Positions 34,219 to 44,363 of a stretch of DNA of 64,000 bases are shown in pieces. Every line of letters begins with the position of its first letter. Position 1 is the first letter of the stretch. The notes below the pieces were generated by a model. That model did no database searches and was not told where the DNA came from. It worked only from the letters and a program-made list of their open reading frames with translations. This DNA is from a virus. Both the position numbers and the translations under genes were made by a program. The DNA is taken from IMG/VR virus record IMGVR_UViG_3300032246_001783, positions 7,592 through 71,591 of that record. One strand, 5' to 3'.

Positions 34219-37179
34219 TTATAGACCCGCTTTTATATCACCGGTATTTTTAATTCTTAATGGAATGTAAATGAACTCAACAGCCTTAATTGGTTCAACT
34301 GCGATGTCCATATATAGTTCCGACCGATCAATTCTAGCAGGAGTGTTATTGGTCTCATCACAAACAACAATAAAGTCGTTAAGTGCACGTTGACCTATCA
34401 ACTCAAGCATTAGGCTTTCAGCAGCCGATTTGATTTCACGACGTGTTTGTACATCGTTTGGCTCAAATAAGAAAGGTCTTGCTAGAATATCCAGTTGTCT
34501 ACGTAGATAGCATACTAGTCTTGCAACATTGATTCTATCTAGAGCAGTGTTAGTGCTAGAACGAGTTCGTTGACCATAGGCAATTAACCCAACCCCATTT
34601 AGTGTAGTAATAGGATTAATCTTAACGTCATCTAGTGCATCACGAAGTCCTTGTGGTACAGTTGCAACCACAAACTCTCCTTCTGCATTGATATAACCAG
34701 CGGAGGATGCATTGTCGATAACACCCCTACGTGTTCCAGCAGGAGCAAACCACTGAAAACTCTTGGCATCACTGTTAATAATAGTTCTCAACATCATATG
34801 GCTAGGCGGAACAACAATTCTGTTACCGGAATTGTCATTGGTATACCCACTTGGATACCACATGGCCATATAATCATCATAAGTTACGCCACCGTTGTCG
34901 CCGTTATCTGCTGCAGCATTAGAATTTGCACCCCATGCTGTTACGTCAGTGCCAGTTGGCTTCAATCTAAATGGTGTATCACCGACTACGAATGCAGAAA
35001 GTCCGCGATCTGTATTAAGTGCAACCATATTTTGAATTGCCTCGGGATAACCAGGTGTAGCAATTAGATTGAAGACCAATGTTTCTGCATCTCTAACAGC
35101 GATATTGCTATCAATTAGACCTTTTAGAGCAGCAACAGTCTGTGCTCTTTGTGCTTTACGACCAAATTGTGGTCCACCGTCTTCGGCCACAGGGTTTTGT
35201 GATACCCAACGGCTGCTAACGTAATTCATCATAGATTCATTACCATAACGAATATTTTCCCCGTTATTGGCATCAAGATTAATGTGCCCTTCGATATATT
35301 TCTTAACATTGAATCCAGACCTTCTAGTGTTCCACAGTCTCATTCCTTTTGGATAAAGTGCAGGATCAGGTGCATCTGGATCTAGATAGTTGCAAGTTAA
35401 TAGATCAGCAATAGTTGCTGGATCAGTTTCGAAGCCTTCGCAACCCCAACGTGCATCGGCAAATAGCCATCCCTCCGGGCTTGACTGATCGGTTACATCT
35501 TGTAGTACCCATTGATCATCAATACCGCTCCATACATAGATATTTCTTCCGTACATTTCTAAATCGCTAGTATCGATCCAGATATCACCGTTAACTAATG
35601 GTGAGCCATCACTTTGCCCAGTGTCTTTATCTGGCATAGAAGCACTAACGATTGGGCCAGTTGGACTGGTGCTTGGGAATGCAGTACCGTCTTGATAAGC
35701 TACCCATGTTGTTCCGTTATGATAAAGTATATCAACTTCGTCGACCATCGAATCGTACCAAAGTGTTCCGTCTGACGGATCAGTAACCGGTGCAGTATTT
35801 CTTGCTTCATAAACTAACGGTTTCCAGTTAGTAGCAATAAAATGACTACTGGTACTACCGGGAGCTAGATATAGATTTGCAGTACCGGTCTTATTGGTGA
35901 TATCATACTCTACAAAACCAACTTTATCTAACGGAGCATTAGTACTATCTGTAAGTTCAAATTCGCCGCCTCTTGTATGATTAATGGTTAGTTTATTTGT
36001 AGATGCATTGTAAGTAGATGTTATGTAGGTCAACCCAGCACTGCTTAGGGCAGCAGGAATTAATGAGCCAATAGTAGTTACGGTGCTTGCAGGAGTAATA
36101 GTAATTGTTGCTGTTGAGCTCCACGAAGAACCTAGGCTTTCTCTAATTGAAAATACATAAGTACCTGTGGTTGATTTAATTGTACTAGCAGCACTGGTTA
36201 CAACTGTTGTACCTACTGCACTTCTTCTCCAAAGTTTAAAATCTGCAGCAATATTCGCAGATTGATCGTAATTAGTTTCAACTATAACAGAGCCAACAGA
36301 AATATTCTTGCCGCCGTTGTTTGGATCTAGTGCATAGGTAGCAGCACGAAGACTACTATATAGAGGAGCAGCTACAGAAATCCAACTATCTGAACTTGAA
36401 TTATAATATTTTACACTCCAATTAGCACCGTTAGATGGGGTGGTTGTAGTAACCCATACACTACCGGTCGGTGAGGATGAAAAATCTGGATAGTTATAAT
36501 GTGCACTGATTGCAACATCCTTGCCGCCGTCGAACCCGTCTGCTACTGCTACCCAAGCATTACTAGAGTTTTTGTAATAAAGTGTGTTCTCATTATCTTT
36601 AGTTACAACCATGCAGTATTCGCCCTTGACGCCGATTGAATCTGAAGGAGCCATACTGTTGAAATTTTCAGCAGCCGATTCATCATTAAGAACGATAGGA
36701 GTTTTAACTGTAAACTTAGATGTAGCAGTATTCCATTCTTTAATGCCAAATTTACTAGCATCGGTGTCTACCCAGAAAGTTCCACTAACTGGCATACCTT
36801 TTGGGGCACTACTTGTCGGAGCCAATTGACCTAAATCTAGATCGGATCTAACAACATAACACTGACTAGCAGCACCGAGCAGGCTGTATGCAGCCTGTAG
36901 ACCGTATTCATTTTGTTCGTCGCCGTGTTTAGAATTGCCATTTACATCAGTATAAAATAAAGGTGTACCAAAGGTGTCTGTTAGATCTCTCTGGCTGGTA
37001 ATTAACCAAACTTTTCCAGCGTTGGCTGCTGTTGTTCCTTGAGCAACAGTACCGCTAGGATTAATTTTGTCTTGAGCAGAGGACACAAATACTACAGGAA
37101 TTGTGCCAGGGCCGGCAGGAGTATAAAAACTCTCGTCTACGACTTGTACTTGTGTACCAGGTGATTTCAGTGTTGCCAT
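34219..37179 (-). CDS. contractile tail sheath protein (gp18-like)
   Basis: SPG.QV...DES N-terminus, WFAPAG..RG, RINVARL, CDETNNTP..ID, EFIYI. Confidence 0.92.
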   Translation of the reverse strand: MATLKSPGTQVQVVDESFYTPAGPGTIPVVFVSSAQDKINPSGTVAQGTTAANAGKVWLITSQRDLTDTFGTPLFYTDVNGNSKHGDEQNEYGLQAAYSLLGAASQCYVVRSDLDLGQLAPTSSAPKGMPVSGTFWVDTDASKFGIKEWNTATSKFTVKTPIVLNDESAAENFNSMAPSDSIGVKGEYCMVVTKDNENTLYYKNSSNAWVAVADGFDGGKDVAISAHYNYPDFSSSPTGSVWVTTTTPSNGANWSVKYYNSSSDSWISVAAPLYSSLRAATYALDPNNGGKNISVGSVIVETNYDQSANIAADFKLWRRSAVGTTVVTSAASTIKSTTGTYVFSIRESLGSSWSSTATITITPASTVTTIGSLIPAALSSAGLTYITSTYNASTNKLTINHTRGGEFELTDSTNAPLDKVGFVEYDITNKTGTANLYLAPGSTSSHFIATNWKPLVYEARNTAPVTDPSDGTLWYDSMVDEVDILYHNGTTWVAYQDGTAFPSTSPTGPIVSASMPDKDTGQSDGSPLVNGDIWIDTSDLEMYGRNIYVWSGIDDQWVLQDVTDQSSPEGWLFADARWGCEGFETDPATIADLLTCNYLDPDAPDPALYPKGMRLWNTRRSGFNVKKYIEGHINLDANNGENIRYGNESMMNYVSSRWVSQNPVAEDGGPQFGRKAQRAQTVAALKGLIDSNIAVRDAETLVFNLIATPGYPEAIQNMVALNTDRGLSAFVVGDTPFRLKPTGTDVTAWGANSNAAADNGDNGGVTYDDYMAMWYPSGYTNDNSGNRIVVPPSHMMLRTIINSDAKSFQWFAPAGTRRGVIDNASSAGYINAEGEFVVATVPQGLRDALDDVKINPITTLNGVGLIAYGQRTRSSTNTALDRINVARLVCYLRRQLDILARPFLFEPNDVQTRREIKSAAESLMLELIGQRALNDFIVVCDETNNTPARIDRSELYMDIAVEPIKAVEFIYIPLRIKNTGDIKAGL

Positions 37180-37279
37180 TATTTAATCTCCTAAATGGAT
37201 TACTTTGAGTTATTTACCATTAACAGACAAAAAAAGTGGATTAAATACAGTCATAAAGGGCAATAAAAGGGCGGGAGTT

Positions 37280-37615
37280 ATGAGAAATTTATGCGGTCTG
37301 TGTAAGAAAAGACCAGTAGCCATCAACTACTATAAAGAAGGAAAACCTTTTTATAGGTCCAAGTGCGATCATTGCTCTAGAAAAAGAACAGACGGCACGC
37401 CTAGATGGCAACGATCCGGATACAAGAAAAAACCTGCATGTGATCGATGCGGGTTTAATTCAAAATATCTCGAACAGTTCGATGTTTTTTACGTTGACGG
37501 TAATCCCAGCAATACAAAATTCTCTAATTTAAAAACAGTTTGTTCAAACTGTCAAAGAATTTTACACAAACTTAAACTACCGTGGAAGCAGGGAGATTTA
37601 ACTCCTGATTTTTAA
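37280..37615 (+). CDS. Cys-rich HNH-like protein
   Basis: Several CxxC pairs; VDGN..N....NL..VC.NC; the His residues of HNH are not evident. Confidence 0.6.
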   Translation: MRNLCGLCKKRPVAINYYKEGKPFYRSKCDHCSRKRTDGTPRWQRSGYKKKPACDRCGFNSKYLEQFDVFYVDGNPSNTKFSNLKTVCSNCQRILHKLKLPWKQGDLTPDF

Positions 37616-38255
37616 TCAGTTGTTCTAATTGACTAAACAGTTGATCAATAGTTCCATCATTGTTGATGGTTGCATCAGTGGATAGGCCTACCCAAGCAGT
37701 TTCGCTAGCGTGAATTTTAAGTCGTTCCATTTTCCACTTAGAAGTAGCCCAACTCATATTAGTCGGCCCTGCGTTGACGTTTACTGCATCTTGATACCAT
37801 TCAGGATCGAGACCACGCTTAATGCGTACCACTATTCCCCCAGCATTTCTAATTGCTGTAATTTCGTTAGGAAATCGAACATCTGTGATTACAATGTTAT
37901 CTCGTGTTTTGAGAATCCTGTGCTCGAGGCTGGCAATCCAGATATCGTCATGAAAGCCTTGACGACAAACTTCAGTCCCCCAGTGCTGTAGCACCCATCG
38001 AGGAGTTAGATCGGGCATATTCAATCGATCAGCCCACCAAGTGTCTACTTTCTCTCGCCATTCTCGAGATTCTGCAGTTCGACCTTCTAATAGCACTCGA
38101 TCCCAACCAAATACAGCAGAAACTGCATCTTTAAGTGCATTAGCAAAACTGTCTCTACGAAATTGGTGATAATTGACTAGATAATCTGCAGCAGTATCCT
38201 TGCCACTAGATATAAAACCTACAAAGCCTACAACTAGGGGTTTTTTGTCAGTCAC
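37572..38255 (-). CDS. deoxynucleoside monophosphate kinase (T4 gp1-like)
   Basis: G.ISSGKDT, SFA..LK, TPR.VLQ.WGTE, DVRFPNE, HASE. Confidence 0.88.
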   Translation of the reverse strand: MTDKKPLVVGFVGFISSGKDTAADYLVNYHQFRRDSFANALKDAVSAVFGWDRVLLEGRTAESREWREKVDTWWADRLNMPDLTPRWVLQHWGTEVCRQGFHDDIWIASLEHRILKTRDNIVITDVRFPNEITAIRNAGGIVVRIKRGLDPEWYQDAVNVNAGPTNMSWATSKWKMERLKIHASETAWVGLSTDATINNDGTIDQLFSQLEQLIKNQELNLPASTVV

Positions 38256-38283
38256 TTTGTATATTCCTCAAAAATATACTAAC

Positions 38284-38312
38284 AGTATATTACAATTATA
38301 TTGCGAAATCAA
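38284..38312 (-). promoter_or_regulatory. sigma70-type promoter for the dNMP kinase gene
   Basis: Minus strand TTGATT-17-TATACT. Confidence 0.5.
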
Positions 38313-38319
38313 CAAATAA

Positions 38320-39078
38320 TTATCCAATCACAAAAGTTAATGGGGTCCCGCCATCCTTGTAATTGATTAGATCCTGCTCTAACATTTCCAAATCAGCCTT
38401 GCCTTCTGATTTAAGTGCGGTACCATTTAGAGTGGTTCCGCCCTGGGGACTGGCAATTTGAGCAAATTTTTCACGGGCTTCACCGATCATCATCTTACAA
38501 GTTGCTAGTGTATAATCTTTTAGCCACTGACCTGCATATTGATCTTGCATTAGGTTAAAATCTGGTCGATAGTTGTATAACCATAACATAACCTCTTCCT
38601 CTGACCTAGGACGCTGCATTATGGTTAATTTTTTTGTGGTCTTGTTAAACACAAAATTAATCTCGCCCCCGAACATTTTACCAACCAGTTTTTGATAACT
38701 TGCAAAGGCATAATAAGTGGCCAAGCCGCCCATGTTTGTGGAGGTTAACAAGTAAGTGTTAGAATACGCAAGATTAAATGGTTCAAACAGTGTACCACCT
38801 TGACCCCCACCTGATCTGCTGCCGATACTACGTCTGAAAATTTGTCTTACAGCAGAAACTTCTTTAGGCAAAATATATTCGTTCTGATCTAACTCTAACA
38901 TTAAAAATCCAAAACTTTCTTCCTCTGCATTACTACTGCGTTGCCTAAACTTGGCCAATGCGCGGTCAATGGCTACATTATAATCTTGAGGATTGAGTTC
39001 GACATCTATCATATTCCCACCTAACATAGTGTGAACATAGTCGATAATTTGCTGACGTTCGTTTTCATTTTCAGTCAT
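38320..39078 (-). CDS. neck protein (gp13-like)
   Basis: LG...IDVEL, WLKDY.LA..K...G..R.KF...PQGGTTLNG; start at MTENE. Confidence 0.8.
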   Translation of the reverse strand: MTENENERQQIIDYVHTMLGGNMIDVELNPQDYNVAIDRALAKFRQRSSNAEEESFGFLMLELDQNEYILPKEVSAVRQIFRRSIGSRSGGGQGGTLFEPFNLAYSNTYLLTSTNMGGLATYYAFASYQKLVGKMFGGEINFVFNKTTKKLTIMQRPRSEEEVMLWLYNYRPDFNLMQDQYAGQWLKDYTLATCKMMIGEAREKFAQIASPQGGTTLNGTALKSEGKADLEMLEQDLINYKDGGTPLTFVIG

Positions 39079-39118
39079 ACTAATATTTATCTTTTTATGG
39101 TGGGCTAAATATACTACC

Positions 39119-40312
39119 ATGCCAAAACTCAGTCTTTACCGTCCCGAAAAGGGCAATGATTTTAAGTTTTTAGACCGCACTATCAATGAACAATTTCAAG
39201 TGGGCGGCACTGATGTGTTTTTGCACAAATACCTTGGGCCAGTGAACCCTGAAGAGGGCACTAGCACCCCGACTACTCCAAATAATGCAAATTCTATACC
39301 AGAATTAGGTATACAAGATGTGCTATTCATGGAGAATAGAGACCGGCATTATGAACCCGATATATATGTCATTAGAGGAATTTATACATTACAGGATATA
39401 GATTTTAATTTGAGCCAATTCGGCCTGTTCCTACAAAATGACAATATAATGATTGTGTTCCATTTGAGGGGAACCGTAGATTCAATTGGTAGAAAAATCA
39501 TGGCCGGTGATGTTATCGAACTACCACATCAGAAAGACGAATATGCACTAGATGAATCTCTAGTATCTCTTAAAAGATTTTATGTAGTATCCGAAGTAAC
39601 AAGACCAGCAAGCGGTTACAGTCAAACTTGGTACCCGCATTTGATAAGATGCAAATGTGCTCCGTTAGTAGATACACAAGAATTTAAAGAAATTTTAGAT
39701 CAAGATTCAGGTGCCGAAGATGGTACTACCATCCGAGATCTATTGTCTATGCAACAAAAGAGTTTAGAAATCAACGAGCAGATCATAGCACAGGCATTAG
39801 AAGATACAGGAAAAAGTGGATACGACACTGAACATCTTTATGTTGTACCAAGATTAAAAGATGGATTAGTTGACATTGCTGATACTAGTAATACCGAAGC
39901 CGATGCCAGTGTAGATAACCCTGCATTAGACGCCAGTATTGTATTAAATAGTCCTACAAAAAATTATTATGTAGGATATCTAACTGGAGACGGTATTCCG
40001 CCCAATGGGGCTCCCTATGGTTTTGGTATAACATTTCCAAGTAATCCGGTTGAAGGACAATTTTATCTAAGATCAGACTATTTGCCCAATCGCTTATTTA
40101 GGTTCGATGGGCGACATTGGGTCAAGTTTGAAGATAATGTTAGAATGACCACAAGTACCAAAGGTGGAACACAAACTCTAGATCCTGATTTAAACAGACA
40201 GACTCAAAAGTCCGGGTTTATTAATAATACAAATACTTCAACTATTGCTGGCGAAGTTGTGGTTGAGAAACAGGCACTTAGCAAAGCACTAAGGCCCAAA
40301 GCAGACAATTAA
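39119..40312 (+). CDS. neck protein (gp14-like)
   Basis: LFMENRDR.Y, LSQFGL, GDVIELP; position between gp13 and gp15. Confidence 0.7.
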   Translation: MPKLSLYRPEKGNDFKFLDRTINEQFQVGGTDVFLHKYLGPVNPEEGTSTPTTPNNANSIPELGIQDVLFMENRDRHYEPDIYVIRGIYTLQDIDFNLSQFGLFLQNDNIMIVFHLRGTVDSIGRKIMAGDVIELPHQKDEYALDESLVSLKRFYVVSEVTRPASGYSQTWYPHLIRCKCAPLVDTQEFKEILDQDSGAEDGTTIRDLLSMQQKSLEINEQIIAQALEDTGKSGYDTEHLYVVPRLKDGLVDIADTSNTEADASVDNPALDASIVLNSPTKNYYVGYLTGDGIPPNGAPYGFGITFPSNPVEGQFYLRSDYLPNRLFRFDGRHWVKFEDNVRMTTSTKGGTQTLDPDLNRQTQKSGFINNTNTSTIAGEVVVEKQALSKALRPKADN

Positions 40313-40343
40313 GGAGGCTTCGGTTTAACACCGATGTATTAAG

Positions 40344-41741
40344 ATAGACTATTTTTACGACGGACAAGTAAGAAGATATCTTACTCAATTTATACAACTG
40401 CTCAGTAATTTTTCTTATAAAGATAATAAAGGGCAATTGGTACAAGTACCTGTTCGATACGGCGATATGACTAGGCAAGTATCTCAGATCTTGAAAAAGA
40501 ATTCTGAGAACACCATTCCCAGTGCACCGTTTATTGCCTGTTATATCAAGGACCTGCAATTCGACCGTGCTAGAATGCAAGACCCTACCTTTGTAAGTAA
40601 ATTACAGATTAGAGAAAGGGAATTTGACGGAAATAATCAAGAATATCTAAACACACAGGGTAGCAATTATACTGTAGAACGTATTATGCCTACTCCGTAT
40701 ATGTTAACTTTTAATGCAGATTTATGGACCACTAACACGGAACAAAAATTACAAATATGGGAACAGATTGTTGTGCTGTTTAATCCCAGTTTCGAAATAC
40801 AAACTACAGACAACTATATTGATTGGACCAGCCTCAGTTACGTAGAGTTGTCCAGTCAGGTGTGGAGTTCTAGAGCCATTCCACAGGGTGTTTCAGAGGA
40901 TATAGATATTCAAACCTTAACATTTACCACTCCTGTATGGATAACACCTCCTGCAAAAATTAAAAAATTAGGGGTCGTTACCAAAATTATTTCTAACATA
41001 TTTGCAGTGGCTAATGGCGAACTGCAACCGAATTATAATATAGAAGGTGCCGCGGAAAAATTTAACGATCGTTCTCCAGATACCTCAGTGGTGGTCACAC
41101 CCGGGAATTTTGAACTGTTAGTCTTTAATAATACTGCTAGATTAATTAAATCCAGTGTATCCCAAGCGAATTTAGACCTCGATTCACATGCTAATTCTTC
41201 TTCGTGGCTTAAACTATTAGATCTCTATCCAGGAAAATTCACTGCAGGGCTAAGCCAACTGAGATTTTCTAAACCCGACGGCAATGAAATTGTAGCCTAT
41301 ATTAGCCTAGATCCTTCAGACGAACATTCTATGGTGCTAAACATCGATAGCGATACTATTCCATCTAATACTATCATTAGCGGCAGAGGCACAGTAGATG
41401 CTATCATTAATCCAGAGACACACAATCCTAGTAATAAAACAGCAGGTACTAGATATTTGATCTTAGAGGATATAAATGTCAATGATCAGTTTGATACTCC
41501 GGGATATGATGGTCCAGATGCTTGGAAAAATTCAGACCTATCTGATTTCCAAGCACATGCAAATGATATCATCGAATGGAACGGAACACAATGGGTAATC
41601 ATTTTCGATTCGCAATCATCTAGTAACATCATCTATATAACTAATTCATACACTGGTACTCAATATAAATGGGAGGATGGTATGTGGAGTAAGAGTTATG
41701 AAGGAATTTATGATGTGCAGTTATGGCGAATGATTCTTTAA
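40344..41741 (+). CDS. tail terminator/sheath stabiliser (gp15-like), probable non-AUG start
   Basis: Frame is open from 40329 and reads IDYFYDGQVRRYLTQF...VPVRYG; also PTPY.L and EQKLQIWEQI...FNP. Confidence 0.75.
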   Translation: MDYFYDGQVRRYLTQFIQLLSNFSYKDNKGQLVQVPVRYGDMTRQVSQILKKNSENTIPSAPFIACYIKDLQFDRARMQDPTFVSKLQIREREFDGNNQEYLNTQGSNYTVERIMPTPYMLTFNADLWTTNTEQKLQIWEQIVVLFNPSFEIQTTDNYIDWTSLSYVELSSQVWSSRAIPQGVSEDIDIQTLTFTTPVWITPPAKIKKLGVVTKIISNIFAVANGELQPNYNIEGAAEKFNDRSPDTSVVVTPGNFELLVFNNTARLIKSSVSQANLDLDSHANSSSWLKLLDLYPGKFTAGLSQLRFSKPDGNEIVAYISLDPSDEHSMVLNIDSDTIPSNTIISGRGTVDAIINPETHNPSNKTAGTRYLILEDINVNDQFDTPGYDGPDAWKNSDLSDFQAHANDIIEWNGTQWVIIFDSQSSSNIIYITNSYTGTQYKWEDGMWSKSYEGIYDVQLWRMIL

Positions 41742-42163
41742 ACAAAATAGTCTGCAGCGGCGGTCTTTTTTTAGCCAAAGATACTAAAAGATTTTTATTT
41801 CTTTTACGAGCAAAAGGTAAAACCGCAGGCACATGGGGTTTAGTCGGAGGGAAAAAAGAACCAATCGATACTACCCCCGTTGATACTCTAAATAGAGAGA
41901 TTTCAGAAGAGATCGGGAAGTCTCCTACAATTAAAAAAATTGTACCGCTAGAACTTTTTATCAGTATGGATCAAAAATTTTACTATAATACCTATGTACT
42001 ATTAGTAGAAAAAGAATTTATTCCGTTACTTAACTCAGAACACTCAGGATATGCTTGGTGCAGTTATGATTTCTGGCCAAGACCCTTACATCAAGGAGTA
42101 AAAAACAGCGTGAATAATCGAATAATTCGTGCTAAATTAGAAATACTCTTGGATTTAGTCTAG
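41723..42163 (+). CDS. NUDIX hydrolase
   Basis: Nudix-like box GGKKE...LNREISEEIG; LNSEH.GYAW. Confidence 0.85.
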   Translation: MANDSLNKIVCSGGLFLAKDTKRFLFLLRAKGKTAGTWGLVGGKKEPIDTTPVDTLNREISEEIGKSPTIKKIVPLELFISMDQKFYYNTYVLLVEKEFIPLLNSEHSGYAWCSYDFWPRPLHQGVKNSVNNRIIRAKLEILLDLV

Positions 42164-42811
42164 AAGATCTGCGCCAAACGCAAAAGTACCAAGGTGTTTA
42201 ATTTCTCGACTGAGCACCGTGTCAACTTTAATAGTGTATCCCTCGGCAGCGATCTTTTGACAGAGCAACATATCCTCGCCTAAGAAATCATTAGACTCTG
42301 GACTCCAACCAAATTCAAACCAAGGCTTTCGTATTTCAGCAAAAATCTCAGTTTTCATTAGCATACAACCCATTCCAATACCCTCAATTTCTACTAGATC
42401 ATCTTCGATATCAAAGGATAGTGGATTTTCCCAATCACCGATTTGCTGATAAGCAACACCTTTTGCCGGAAGTTGCCGTCTAACATAGTTGGCAGCAACT
42501 ACGGGTTCATTATGTGCTAGCAATCTAACTGCCGTTGTAGAAGGAAATACCATATCGCTATCTAACCATAGCATATATTCTGCGCCAAGATCTAGCGCAG
42601 CACCGGCCAGTCTCTCTCTTTGAGTTAACAAAATGGTACTAGCATCCATGAATACATGAGTGTCTATGTCGTTCATGGTATTAAACTTTACCATTTCCGC
42701 AAGACTCAGTGCGTGAGAAGAATGCAGTGTATCGCGTGTAGGAATACAAATTGCTAGTTTGCCTTTTTTGTTTGACCAACCTGTTGTGGAAAATACCGAT
42801 TTCTTTTTCAT
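42155..42811 (-). CDS. GT-A fold glycosyltransferase (GT2-like)
   Basis: WLDSDM DxD motif, GMGCML, GED..LC, H.G. Confidence 0.75.
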   Translation of the reverse strand: MKKKSVFSTTGWSNKKGKLAICIPTRDTLHSSHALSLAEMVKFNTMNDIDTHVFMDASTILLTQRERLAGAALDLGAEYMLWLDSDMVFPSTTAVRLLAHNEPVVAANYVRRQLPAKGVAYQQIGDWENPLSFDIEDDLVEIEGIGMGCMLMKTEIFAEIRKPWFEFGWSPESNDFLGEDMLLCQKIAAEGYTIKVDTVLSREIKHLGTFAFGADLLD

Positions 42812-43281
42812 GCTCCGGCTACATCCTTACTTAAAGTTTCTCCCTTGATAACCAAACCATGTATGGCATTGATTAAATCCTGGGTGCGTTTAGCACATAG
42901 TATAAAGTCATTAGGACTGAGTTTGCAAGCAGTAGTCATAGTGTCGAAGCCCAATTTACCGTTAGTCAAAATTTCAATTGCACTGACCTTGGCTAGATTT
43001 TCGATAAAAACTTCTCGAGACAAATCATCGGATTGATCGGATAAATCTTGTATATCTTCTTCATCCATTTCTTCTAGAAGTTCTAAAAGATAAGATCGTT
43101 CCTTAGATTCACTGTCAGACAAAGAGTCTTTAGCATCAGTTAACTGTTGTATTCTAGATAAGAATTTTGATAGAGTATCTGGATTTGTATATCTATCGTG
43201 ATATACAATAGTATCCAGTTCCCATTTATTTGGGCCAACAGGGAGGCTTTTTAAAATATCGTTAATTTTCTCTATTTTCAT
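42808..43281 (-). CDS. hypothetical protein
   Basis: 157-aa helical ORF. Confidence 0.65.
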   Translation of the reverse strand: MKIEKINDILKSLPVGPNKWELDTIVYHDRYTNPDTLSKFLSRIQQLTDAKDSLSDSESKERSYLLELLEEMDEEDIQDLSDQSDDLSREVFIENLAKVSAIEILTNGKLGFDTMTTACKLSPNDFILCAKRTQDLINAIHGLVIKGETLSKDVAGA

Positions 43282-43284
43282 TTT

Positions 43285-43512
43285 TTAGTAATTATAAGGA
43301 GTAGATTTCCCGCCAAATGTGCTAGCAAAACTTATTTGTGTGCCAGTATTTTGACCAATACCATAGGTAGGATTATAACCAAGTACCGAACTTAAACTGA
43401 TATTTTGTCCTCCTGTAGGAGCATTGCCTGCTGCACCGGGGATATTATTTGTAAAAGCCTGGTTAACCTGTCCAAATGCTATCTGTGATCCTGATCCTGG
43501 TAATATTGCCAT
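43285..43512 (-). CDS. small Gly-rich virion-like protein
   Basis: MAILPGSG...ISF..FGG pattern; late motif upstream. Confidence 0.6.
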   Translation of the reverse strand: MAILPGSGSQIAFGQVNQAFTNNIPGAAGNAPTGGQNISLSSVLGYNPTYGIGQNTGTQISFASTFGGKSTPYNY

Positions 43513-43652
43513 AAGTTTCTCTTGCGGCCTCCTTATTTATGGGCCAGTATTTTTGCTCTCGTTAAAATCTGATTGTGATAATACAGTACTTATCATCTTG
43601 TATTTAACAGATTTTGACGCAAAATTCTTTTTAATAATGGTTACAAGAGAAC

Positions 43653-44363
43653 CTATTCAATTTTAATCACACCGTTATCCCCAGTGTATCCCTGTACACC
43701 AATGGGTTTAAACACCGCTATTTTATCTGGATCAACCAGTCGAAGCATAGATTTCTCTAGATTATTGTCCACAGAGATCATATGCCAAAACAGTCTAGGA
43801 ATCAACTGTTCAAATTCTTCAAACAGCGAATGGCAAAAGGACCATAATCTAGTTTCAAAATAAACTACCCTTTCCCTAGTAGCAAAATTATCAAAACTAA
43901 CATCCCATTCGTTAATTCGGGCCACATACTTATTGTACAGTCCAGGGTCGCTATATACACTAATGTCAAAGTCATCATTTAACCAGTATCTGCCCGAGAT
44001 CTTGAACACTCTACGGCCCACTAAATTGTGCTGCTTGAGCAAGCGGGCAATTTCATACCACTGATATAGTTCTGCAGCACCTTTAAAAGCCATATTGCTG
44101 TTGAAGAATTCTGTGATTAGATTGCGTTCTATAGGATAAAATATGTCAACACCTTGAGCAAGAGTGCTCGCCTGTTCTGAGTTGAGAGGAACTGTAGAGG
44201 AATCAGTCATTATGATTCGAGAGCCCGGCACCTTTGTTCGTATAGATTCTATGGTTTTTAGTGTCTGCTCATATCGCGTAGTACAGTCAACCGCGGTCTG
44301 TGTGGTATTGATTGCAGAAGTTATAGCAAAGGTATAAAAATCATTTATCATCGATTTGCTCAA
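43653..44363 (-). CDS. putative glycosyltransferase-like protein
   Basis: ITSAI...RYEQT..TI.SIR, KG.AE and FKISGRY, resembling GT-A-like phage proteins. Confidence 0.5.
   Translation of the reverse strand: MSKSMINDFYTFAITSAINTTQTAVDCTTRYEQTLKTIESIRTKVPGSRIIMTDSSTVPLNSEQASTLAQGVDIFYPIERNLITEFFNSNMAFKGAAELYQWYEIARLLKQHNLVGRRVFKISGRYWLNDDFDISVYSDPGLYNKYVARINEWDVSFDNFATRERVVYFETRLWSFCHSLFEEFEQLIPRLFWHMISVDNNLEKSMLRLVDPDKIAVFKPIGVQGYTGDNGVIKIE

Noticed and set aside
37280-37615. Mobile HNH homing endonuclease
   Set aside because: It is short and the catalytic His residues are not evident; it looks like a conserved Zn-binding gene rather than a mobile element.
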